NCBI RefSeq assembly: GCF_016432865.1
Contig: NC_067402.1
Location: 16,926,001 to 16,990,000, forward strand
Origin: Antechinus flavipes
Taxonomy: Eukaryota
Length of the DNA: 64,000 bases
Direction: 5' to 3'
Positions within the stretch are counted from its first letter, which is position 1, and each line of letters starts with the position of its first letter. The translations under genes and the position numbers were made by a program. The notes below the pieces were generated by a model. The model ran no database searches. It was not told where the DNA came from and saw only the letters and a list, made by a program, of their open reading frames with translations. This document shows, piece by piece, positions 25,164-35,872 of this stretch.

Positions 25164-25333
25164 CTTATAGCGTTTTTTGCATCCAGGCACCGGGCAGGCG
25201 AAAGGCTTCTCGTCCCCTCCGTTCATGCACATGGAGCTGAGGATGGCCTCGGAGCTGATGGCGCTCTCGGTGGTCCAGGACTCGTCGCTGTCTGATTCCT
25301 CGTAGTCCACCTCCTCCTCGTCATATTCACTGC
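25164..25333 (-). CDS. JAZF1: JAZF1 exon 4: (G)SEYDEEEVDYEESDSDESWTTESAISSEAILSSMCMNGGDEKPFACPVPGCKKRYK
   Basis: CAG acceptor (plus-strand ctg at 25334-25336) and donor AAG|GTAAAG at 25163; 170 nt, phase 1/0. Acidic region plus the first half of finger 2. Confidence 0.97.
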
Positions 25334-26919
25334 CTGAGAGAGGGAGGGACAGGAGGACGCGGTGAGGGCGGCGCCCTGGGGGCCGGCTCAGCCAGCCTTC
25401 CCCCTCCCCCCGCCCGGCTCCCGGGTTCGGCCCTGGATCAGAACCAGAGGGGCCCGGTTCACGTGGTCCCTCGGTGACCCTCTCCCGCCCTGGCTCGGGT
25501 CACCTGCAAAGCCCCCCATTGTCAGTGATCACTATTATCCTGGTCGGGATGGGGCCTGGCAGCCCCGGCCACAGCTGCCGACCCCGATGTGGACCCGGCC
25601 CGACCCAGCCCGCAGTCCCTGACCTGGTTTCTAAAGAATAGGCTGGTAAAGGTATTTCTTGATAATTGGTTTCTTTTGTAATCTCCCACATTTAAAATCA
25701 GTGTTTCGAGAGGCTTGGTCCGTCTGCCAGAGGGTCCGGGGCCCAAAAAGGATTTCGGGACTGAGGCCGGAACCCCCATTTACACCATCAGTCATTTACA
25801 CTTGAGTAAGAATGTGACATTCAGATCACTGAGTAAGAACAGGTTTTGATGAGGGGCAGGGAGAAGAACACAAAGACATTGGCGGGAAGGGTCGGGAAGT
25901 GGGGGCCACCAAAGTGGGGGCCAGAGGTCCCAGCCGCTGCACAAAACATTCACCTAAACAAGCCCTGTGAACGTTCTGTACTATCTGCTCACAAGCCACT
26001 GGAAACATCCCTTCTCCAGAAAGCAGGAGGGGCCTCCAAGGGCCTCAGGAGAAGGGGCCCACCCAAAACTTCAGTCTGGCCCTTTTTCTCCTGCCTTCCC
26101 CCACCGAGAGGGCTCCCCCTGCTGCCCTCCCATTTTGGCTCTTCCTCAGGGATGTTCCCAGTTCCCCAAAGAGTTTGACCTTTAAACCCCTGGCCACCAG
26201 GGAGGTGACTGGACCTGGGTGTTCCGGAGCCATTTGTCATTTGGTGGGAGGGGAGGAGGGGCCAACCCCGACTGGAGCGCCCACCTTTTTCCCCGAGTCG
26301 GCTCCCAGTCTCTGGGCCGCGTTTGCACAAGGCGACCCTGAGGACCATAATTCTCCAGATCATAAACAGTGTAAAAGAATACGCTGACAAGCCCTAATGC
26401 ATTTACAAGCCTGTGGAATAAATGGGAATTAGAACTCCACGGTAATAAGCGTGGGGGGGGGGGGCAGCAGCCCCCAGGTGTGAGACCACGTGGTCCGGCA
26501 CCGTGCAGGGTCTGCTCCTGGGAGCCGCCACGCACCTGCACCATCATCTGGGATCAATGTCCAAGGCCGTTGGGAAGAGCCAGAGCTGGGGGAGGGGGAG
26601 GATCCATCCTCCACGTCCTGCCAGGTGACTCCCCGGGAGGGAGGAGCCCAAGTGGGCTGCTTCTTGCTCTCCCAAGGGAAATGGTGGGGTCGGTCAGCTC
26701 AGCCCAGCGGGTGGACAGTGAAAAAGGAGAAACTGAGGCAAAATGAGTGTGGGAAGGAGATCTCTACCCTCCCAGTGACTTCTGCCCATGGGGCCAAGCA
26801 GAGGTGAAGACTTTCCTAAGATTCCCTGCTGCCCCCGGGGCTAACCAGCGTTTCTAGGGTGCTTCAGGGTACTTCCCATGCTACTTCATCTGAGCCTCCC
26901 AACTCCATCATTAAGATTC

Positions 26920-26980
26920 TATTATTATCCCCACTTTACAGATGAGGAAACTGAGGCCCACAGAAGCTTGGCTCAGATCA
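26920..26980. mobile_element. MIR core fragment (one example; others near 19985, 27840, 37720, 50110, 55920, 61960)
   Basis: ccccactttacagatgaggaaactgaggc CORE motif. Confidence 0.7.
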
Positions 26981-27954
26981 TTGGCTCAGATCAGACTGGG
27001 CAGGGTCTGAGCTCCGGTGCCTTCTGGATTCCAAGCTGCCTCGAGTGCCCTCCAGGGCCTGCCTGGAGCATGAGCACAGGAACCAAAGGCAGCCCCACCA
27101 AGGCCTCTCTGGGCAGTCATCCCCTGCTCCCTGGCTGCCTGCTTGGTCCTGATGGCTCTCGGCCCTCTCTGCCTTTTGGACTTTGTCTTTCCTACAAGGG
27201 TCCCCCGTAGGGACCAACGTGATTGAGAAATGGCCGCCCTGGCTCCCCCGACCACTTTCCTCGCAGGAGGGACGGCGCGGGCTGAAGACAGGCCAGGCTG
27301 GGGACGGCCCGCTCCAGATACAGACCATCTCCCTGCACAATCTGCAGTTTGGGAGATTTTCACTAAGTAGGACACATTTTGGTACATCTAATTTTTAAAC
27401 AAATGCCACAGGGCAGTGCCCTTTCAGATGGCATTTCTCAAAGCCTCACAAGCAAGACCTGGAAATTTGGAATCGCTAATTTACTCTTCTAATTGGACTA
27501 ATTTATTAACCTGAATATCAAGAGAATGAGGACATTTAAAGAAATATCAAACCCAATTCTGTGTTAAATAGAGCTGAGAGAACAAACTGCCCTTCTTGAT
27601 GGAGATGGAAGAGTTGGAATTTTTGGTTTGGGGGCTCCCTTTGTGGATGCAGCTCCAAGGGCTGCAATGTATCAATCCTTGGGCCAAGTCCCAGGAACGC
27701 AGACAGAAACAAAGCGGTCCCTCCCCTCCACACTATCAATGAGAAGTATTTACATCTACATGGCGCTTTTAGGTCCCACAAAGATTTTACACATCGTGTG
27801 ACTTGATTATTACAACCTTGGGAGAGAGGTGCTTTGAATATCCCCATTTTACAGATGAGGAAGCTGAGGTTTGGAGCTTTGGGGACTTGCAGGTGGGCCC
27901 TCGGCACCCTCAGCTTGTGGTCCCTGGCTGGTGGAAATAACTTCTCCCACCTCA

Positions 27955-28672
27955 TTGAAAAGTGGGAGGGGAAAAGAGGAAAGGAAAGGGGTGGGCTAAA
28001 TGGAAGGGAATAAGATTCCCTTACAAGTGTAAGGGAAAGGTTTAAGAAAAGGGGAGGGACTGTAAGGGGGAGGAAGGGATACTAAAGAGGGAGGGCTGTG
28101 TGAGGTGAGTGGTGCTCATAAATCTAATACTGGGGAGGGGGGTAAGGGGGAAACAAGATGGCAGGAAATACAGACTTAGTCATTGTAACCATAAATGTAA
28201 ATGGGGTAAACTCACCCATAAAGTAGAGGTGGATAGCAGACTAGATTAAAAGCCAGGATCCAACAATATGTTGTTTACAGGAAATACACGATACATATAG
28301 AATAAAGGTAAAAAGCTGGAGCAGAATCTACTATACTTCAAGTGAAGTAAAAAAAAGTAGGGGTAGCCGTCCTGATCTCAGATCAAGCAAAAGAAAGACT
28401 GGTCTAATTAAAAGCGATAAGGAAGGAAAGTACTTCCTACTTAAAGGTACTATAGATAATGAAGTAATATCCATACTCAACATATAGACACCAAGTGGTA
28501 CAGCATCTTACTTCCTAAAGGAGAAATTAAGAGAGTTGCAAGAAGAAATAGAGAGCAAAACTATAATAGTGGGAGATCTCAATCTTGTACTCTCAGAACT
28601 AGATAAATCAAACCACAAAATAAATAAGAAAGAAGTCAAAGAGGCAAATAGAATATTAGAAAAGTTAGGTAT
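27955..28672 (+). mobile_element. Internal L1 fragment: inter-ORF spacer and degraded ORF2 endonuclease domain (ATG at 28158)
   Basis: Translates as MAGNTDLVIVTINVNGVNSPIK*...DPTICCLQE...KTIIVGDLNLVLSELDKSNHKINKKE, an APE-type L1 endonuclease with stops and frameshifts. Confidence 0.9.
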
Positions 28673-29908
28673 GACTTTTGGAGGTCCTTCCTCTCTTCTC
28701 ATATATTTTATCTTTCTTTATCTGGGTACCTATTGTTTCCTGTGATAGAGCCCCAATGTTTTGGGGCTGGCGATGTCTTTTGGGGCCATCTCTACCATCC
28801 AAAACACTTCTGGGCACAAAGAAGGTACTTTAAAATACTTCCAGAACTGAATGGGATGGAAAGTTTTGCCATCTGGAATGTGCCCAGTGACTGACAGAAT
28901 ACAAATGTTTGATAATAATGAATGTATAAGTATTTGTTAAGTACCTACTATGTGCTAGGCTATGAAACAATGAATGAAACAATGCCTACTGCTGATGAGC
29001 TTACATTCTAATGGGGGATGGGAGTTAGGGACATATGAACATATATATGTATGTATGTATCCCAAAAGTCTGTTGCCATCCTTCAGTTCTGAGAATAACA
29101 AGTGGAATTTAAATGGAGCCTTCATGTGGAATAGCTCTTACAAGCTCATGCTAGGTCTTAAGGCCCCCATTTCATACAGTCCCTAGGAGACTGATTTGGA
29201 AGTCTCACATCTAGAATGACAGATCTAGAACTCTAGAATGAGGCCCCAAATCTGGAGTCCTGGCAAGCCCCAATTTCCCTACCATAAAGGAAGAGGTTGG
29301 ATCGGTGATTTCCAGGGTTCCTGCTAGTCTCAAGTCAATGAGAAACCCATCAGGCAGAACTACATTGAAGCTGCCTCTAAATATTCTCAGGGCCCTGAAT
29401 ATTTTCAGGGATTCAAGGCTCCCCTCATGGTTCTCCTTAGGGACCATGTCCTACATGAAACCTTTTCGGAGCCCTCCAATCTGACCTTCCACCATGCCAG
29501 ATGCCATGATTCTTTCCATCAGAAACCATTTTATATTCACTTATGGACACAGGGGCTATTTCTTTTTGGTAGAACGTAGTCTCTTTGAGGGCAAACTCTC
29601 TTTCATGTTTTGTTTTTATATTTCTAGCACCTTGTACAATGTCTGGAACATAGTAATTGCTTAATTCTTGCTTGTAAAATTGAATTGAATTTTTCAAAAC
29701 CCAGAGCTTTGGAGTTTTTATCATTGAATCTAATTTTAAGAACTAAAACAACCATTTTAGTTGCCCTGAGACGTCCCTCCCTATCAATGCCTACTGTGTG
29801 ATACTGGCATCAAGGATGGTCTGTGCCAGTGGCTGGTTCCTTCCTCGTTAAAGATTTGTGGGTATCTGTGTATTAACCCTCATTTAGGCAGTTAAAAAAT
29901 AAGAATTC

Positions 29909-30500
29909 TGGATGCCCACCAGTTGGAGAATAGTTGAGTAATGACAACATATGAATGTTAGGGATGTTCTATAAGAAATGATCAGGATGATTTCAGAGAA
30001 TCCTGGAGAGACTTATAGGAACTGAAGCTGAGTGAAATGAGCAAAACCAAGAGATCATTGTACACGGCAACAACAAGATTATACAATGATCAATTCTGAT
30101 GAATTAATTTCCAACAATAAGATGATCGATACCAGTTCCAATGACTTTGTGATAAAGAGAACCATTCGCACCCAGAGAGAGGACTGTGGAAACTGAGTGT
30201 GAATCACAACATGGCATTTTCACTCTTTTTGTTATTCACTTGTATTTTGTTTTCTTACCCATTTTTTTTCCTTTTTGATCTGATTTTTTTTTTTTTTTGG
30301 TGCAGCAAGAGAATTGTATAAATATGTTTACATATATTGGATTTAATGTATTTTAACATGTATAATGTATGTTGAATTGCTTATCATTGGGGAGGGGGTG
30401 GGGGGGAAGAAGAAAATCTGAAATACAATGCTGTGCAAGGGTCAATGTGGTCAAATTATCCATGCAGATGTTTTGAAAATAAAAAGCTTTAAAAATTAAA
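29909..30500 (+). mobile_element. 5'-truncated L1 (ORF2 C-terminus, 3' UTR and A-tail) with a perfect 15-bp TSD
   Basis: AAAAAATAAGAATTC occurs at 29894-29908 and 30501-30515, with a TT/AAAA endonuclease-type site at the left end. The body resembles marsupial L1 3' ends. Confidence 0.88.
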
Positions 30501-31000
30501 AAAAAATAAGAATTCCCTTTTGTCAGCACTGGGTGCTTTTAATTCATTCGTTATCTGGACTCTGGCCCCAGAGTTAACAAACAGCGATACTTCCGAGCAC
30601 ACTTTCAAACACCCATTGGCCGCCCTCACAGTTAATTGAAAGGACAGGCTTATTTGGGAGCGCTGGGATCACAAGGCACCTCAGAGGCCATTTAATCCGA
30701 GTGTTCATTTCACAGATGAAGTGACCTTAATGGAGGCGACAGGATTTATTTGAGGTCACAGATAAGCAAGGTGCAGCTGTTTCGGAGAGCCAGTTCTTTC
30801 CACTGAGTCGCACTTGCTCCCTACGAGACGTTCTTAACTAGTTCTTCCACCCAGATTCAATGTCACAGGCTCAAGAAAGCAGTAAAAATAACCAGTTCTA
30901 AAACAGATGGACAGTTTGAAAACAGCGGCCTGAGCCCAGTTTGCTGCCAGGATGGGTCTTGCACTTTAGGAAGACAGTGAAGATAAAGAGATTATTACTA

Positions 31001-31190
31001 TTGTTCAGTCTTTTTATTTGGGGGGGTTACATTGTGACCCCATTTGGGGTATCTTGGCAAAGATACTGGAGTGGCTCGCCATTTCCTTCTCCAGCTCAAG
31101 GTAAAATGAATTGCTCAGATCCACACAGCCACTAAGTTTCTGAGCTAGATTTGAACTCGGGTTCTCCAGGATCAGTGCTCACTTTCCAAA
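31001..31190 (-). mobile_element. MAR1 SINE fragment
   Basis: gtgaccccatttgggg...cttggcaaagatactggagtgg..gccatttccttctccagctca is the antisense MAR1 tail. Confidence 0.8.
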
Positions 31191-32428
31191 TCCTCACATG
31201 AGCATCAACTTTAGCTGGTATCCCCCTGGATCTGACATATCAAAAGGGCACTGGCTTTGAGGCATCAGGAGCATCCAGAAAGGGCCCGAATCCAGGACCC
31301 CTGCCGAAGGAATAAGGGCATTGCCAATGGGATGCTCGGCCCTCGTCTTCTAGCCTGGACCTTTCCCCTCTTTCTTGTCCATTTTGTGATGAGACTCATC
31401 ATAAACCCACAGTATCCTTCATGTTCTGTCACCGGGATGTTTCCTGCCGGGATATTCCACGTGTCACAGCCTGTAAAGGAAGCATTTTCTAGCTGCCCAA
31501 ATGAGGATTCATGCACGGCCGGGAATCTTTGGAGAGGAAGGAGCAGCCCCCGGCACAGAGCGTCCTTGATGTTGCTCCAGTGTCACACAGCAGGGGTTGA
31601 TAGCGAGGGATGAGTTGGGGCGAGATCTGCAAGCTCTTGTAGTTGGAGGTTGGGAAAAAATGAGCGGCCCCGGCGCTGCCCCTGACGCGCTTTTGGGGCG
31701 TTCTGGTTTTGGGCAGCATAGCACGGTCCACACCAGCAGCCAGTATTCCAACGGGCCCGAGGCGCGAGGCCCTGGCGGCGGGCTCCCATCCCGATGTCAC
31801 TGGAAGGAGCCCAGCCGAGCTGTCCCGCAAGAAGTCATTGTTGGCCTTTTATAGGCACGGAGCACCGCGCGCTTGGGAAGTTATTTGGCATTCTTATATA
31901 AACTCGCTCCCTGCCCCCCAACTCTGTTCTCCACAAATAAGGGCCTTTTAATAGCAAGTGACCTCCTGTTTAGATACAGTTCAGGGAAAACATGATAAAC
32001 CAAGTAACACAATCTCGGCTTTAAAGGTATATGCTCAGGCAGGGTTTTCAACTGGGCCGTCTAAACAAAAATAAGCTATTAACCACTTTCAGGGGAAAAA
32101 AAATAAAAATTAAATAGTTTTGGGCTTCCTGCAATTAAGCTGCCCATTTTACAGTGCAGTTGTATTTATAACAGAAAAAAGGTAAATAAATAAATATATA
32201 AAAGCCAAACAGAGCCCCTCCGCCAAAGGCTTATCCCACAAATTAACTCCGTGGTAATAATAAAGCTCATGCCAGCTGGAATCCTTTGGGCTGTGGAATG
32301 GGGAGCAAAAGCAGGTATATGGTTGAGAGAAAATAAAGTCGGATATTTTCCACCTTCCATCATGGGATGTTAATTGAACTCTGGCAAATGTTTGAAAATG
32401 TCTTTCTCAGCTTAAGAAAAAATTAAAA

Positions 32429-32591
32429 NNNNNNNNNNNNNNNNNNNNNNNNNNNNNNNNNNNNNNNNNNNNNNNNNNNNNNNNNNNNNNNNNNNNNNNN
32501 NNNNNNNNNNNNNNNNNNNNNNNNNNNNNNNNNNNNNNNNNNNNNNNNNNNNNNNNNNNNNNNNNNNNNNNNNNNNNNNNNNNNNNNNNNN
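32429..32591. other. Assembly gap (N run)
   Basis: 163 N. Confidence 1.
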
Positions 32592-32711
32592 GAGACAGAT
32601 AGAGACAGAGACAGAGACAGGAGAGAAAGACAGAGACAGAGAGATACACAGAGAAAGAGAGACAGAGACAGAGATATACAAAGAGACAGAGACAGATAGA
32701 GACACAGAGAC

Positions 32712-32744
<33 letters not shown>
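32592..32744. repeat. (GAGACA)n/(GA)n microsatellite adjoining an assembly gap
   Basis: Read directly from the sequence. Confidence 0.95.
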
Positions 32745-32747
<3 letters not shown>

Positions 32748-33597
32748 GTGTGTGTTGGAGAAACATGTGTTGTATTTTCCTAGCCACAATGGAAAACATT
32801 CATAATTAACACGCTTCTCATTCTTCTCTCGTTAGGACTACAACCATGGATTAAAAACATACATTTCTCAGGGTATCAGGAACCTCTCCTGATGCACAAG
32901 TGGGAGAGACAGGCAGCTCCCTCTCGTTAATTCTGTTTTTTCCCTCTGTGGTTCCTACAATCTCAGGAAACAGGTTTGCATGAAAGATAAGTAACAGCAA
33001 GGAAAAGGACCTACGTAAATAGGCTTTTATGAAACGGTAGTCAAGAAATGTTTTATATCGAAGGCTTAAATGCACTTTACGGCTGTGTAAAAAACACAGC
33101 GCCACTCTCAGCCCAAAGTAAACATTCCAAAGTCTACGAGCCCAACTCCTGCCCAAGGCAGGCCTCCATCAAGTCAGGGAGGGGGGGAGGGAGGGAGGGA
33201 GTGGGGGCTGGACATCACAGGTTCCAGTAGGCTCCAGATTTACTGAATCTGCCATTTCCCCCAGTGCAAAGTAGCAGTCCAAAGCCTTTCTCAACACCCT
33301 CGGATGATGAGAAAAGCAGAGCTCCCCTTTCTGGTCTCATCTATCAGTCAGGCAGCCAAATGCGAGAAGTCCCTTCGTCTCGATGCCGCCGGGCAGCTCC
33401 GTGGAACAAACGTGGAACCTGTAGCTGGAAGGTCAGGTCCTGGAGTCCCCTCCCTTGCCACCACTGCCCTGGGAACTCTTCCTCCCTTTCAAGCACAGTT
33501 CAGGTGGCCTAACTTACACTAACGGAGTCTCCCCTGACACCACCCAGTCATTAGTTCTTCTCTCCCTCTTAAAATTAGCGTGCTTTCCTTTGTACCT

Positions 33598-33835
33598 GGG
33601 GCAGCTAGGCGGAGAGTGCTGGCCCTGGGTTCAACAAGCTCATCTTCCTGAGCTTAATTCCAGCCTGAGACACTTACTGTGTGGCCCTGGACAAGTCAAT
33701 TAACTCTGTGTGCCTCAGTTTCCTTATCGGTAAAATGAGTTGGAGAAGAAAATGTAAATCACTGCCCTATCTTTGCCAAGAAAATCTCAAATGGGGTCAC
33801 AAAAAGTCAGACGTGACTGGAAAAAATGAAGCAAC
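33598..33835 (+). mobile_element. MAR1 SINE (CORE plus RTE-derived tail)
   Basis: Head gcagctagg, CORE gcctcagtttcct..aaaatgag, and tail atctttgccaagaaaa...aaatggggtcac...agtcagacgtgactg. Confidence 0.85.
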
Positions 33836-35657
33836 CTAACACAAGTCTGCGTAACGGCTGCCCTGAATAGCCATTCTGTCTGCATGCTCCTGATGCATTT
33901 TCTGTGTCCAGAATGGCTGTTGGCTGAATTGAATTGAATTCTTTGCTCAAAGCCATTTGGCTAATTGCACTAAATTCTTTTTTCTTCCTGCTCTGCAGTG
34001 CTTGATAAATAAGAATTATTAAAATCTTCTTCCAAACACAAGTGGGACAGTGTCCAGGTCCAGACTTCCTTTCTAGTCAGGGCAAGGAAGATATTTTACG
34101 AGGAATTAAAAAAAAGTCAGTTTATCCATAATTCGGCCAAGGGATTGTGCTGGAGATTGGCTGATCTGAGAGGACTTGTCTTATTCTTGGAAACTGAAGC
34201 CCTTCCACAACTCATCTTTAGCCTTCCTTCTGGGCTTATGGCTCCTGGATGTGCCCGTCAGACTGGTCTTCTCTGAACCATCTTCCTGCTGCTCTGGCCT
34301 TAAATGGAGGTTGGGTGAGATTATGGAGCTGGATTTTTACCTTTTTCACATAATCCCCAACTTTTATAAGGACTCCAGTGCTGCCCAATTAGAAATGAAT
34401 CCCACTTTTATTTTGTATCTTCACTCTGTGTTTCCATTGTTTGTCCCAGTAGAATGGGAGATACTTCAGGGTGGGGTAGCTTTTTTTTTTTTTTTTTGTC
34501 TTTGCATCCTCAGTACCTAAGGGTATGGTATCTGACTTCACCAGACATTTCATAATTGCTTGTTGAATGATTAAAAGCAAGAATTTACTCCATGTTCCCA
34601 ACTACATCCGGTAGCTATACCAACATCAATTAGTCAATTGACCAGAAAAAGGAAAACTATGATGGAAAGAATCCACAGAGAGGGAAATGATGGCCATTTC
34701 CATAACAAGATTCTTTTTTGAAATTTGGGAAAAGTAAATAAAGCTCCCTTTGGAAATTTCACAAGCTCAGGGTGAAGGCTGGTAGGAGAAAGCAAGTACA
34801 GCTTCCAGCATGTTGGGTGGACTTCCTGTGGCAAACTTCTGGAAAGGCATGGATGGGTCACACAAAAAGGGCAGGCATGAGTGGGTCACAATTTGCATTA
34901 CTAGAGGGAATGGTCTGCTGAGGAGATTGCAAATTCATTTGACTATTAAGAAGGGTGGTGATTGGTGCTTCCATCTGAAGGTCAGAGCATCACTGCAAAG
35001 ATTTGTACAGAATACCACTGAGTACAAGAGCCTTGGAAGCTTTCGTTCCTTATTTATGTGTTTTCTGTAGTGGAGCTCCCAGAATATTGGCTAGTTATCA
35101 TTTGAAATAAACTAACCAATAAACCAATAATCCTGGAACCTCTGACTAGACCAGCAACTACATCCAACATTCATTTAGGAAAAATTCAATAAGTATTTAT
35201 TAAACTCCTGTTATTTGGTGTAGGCACTGTACTAGTTGTTAAGTATACAAAGGCAAAAAAGGTTGCAGATTCTGTGCTTAGAGAAGTGATTTCCCTTTTG
35301 AAATGGTGAAATACTGGACAAATCAAGCACATTCTATATTGATGTGGTCCCTTCTTCACTTCAGAGGAGACTGGAAGCCATCTACATCTATAGATCTGTA
35401 ACTATGTTTCTTCAATTACTTTTTAAAAAAAACAGAGATTTAACTTAGTGAATAATGTGATGGATTTTTATCCTGCAACTCTTTTAGTTTTTGCCATATT
35501 TGTAGCTCAGTTACTTAAGAATGATCCTCCCTGAACATTATCATTGGATAGTCTCTGCTGATTACTCCTCTTAATCAGCTGATAAATGATAAAACTGAAG
35601 GAAAACCACAATCTGGGTCTTACTTTATCAGTCTGGGAGGCAACCAGAGAAATTTCT

Positions 35658-35872
35658 TTTTCTTTCTTCTTCTTTTTTTTTTTAATAACTTTTTATTGAC
35701 AGAACCCATGCCAGGGTAATTTTTTTACAACATTATCCCTTGCACTCACTTCTATTCTGATTTTTCCCCTCTCTCTCTCCACCCCCTCCCCCTGATGGCA
35801 AGCAATCCTATACATGTTAAATAGGTTATAGTATATTCTAGATATAATATATGACTGCAGAACTGAACAGTT
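35658..35872 (-). mobile_element. Young dasyurid-type L1 3' end with a 17-bp TSD
   Basis: CAACCAGAGAAATTTCT occurs at 35641-35657 and 35873-35889. A T-rich tail is followed by aataactttttattgacagaacccatgccagggtaat; same family as 46702-47057. Confidence 0.88.

Larger units (their letters stand above)
18000..27400. other. GC/CpG-rich block spanning JAZF1 intron 4, exon 4 and the end of intron 3
   Basis: Composition visibly shifts from the AT-rich flanks to GC-rich sequence with abundant CpG, densest at about 20.7-25.6 kb. Boundaries were estimated by eye. Confidence 0.8.
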
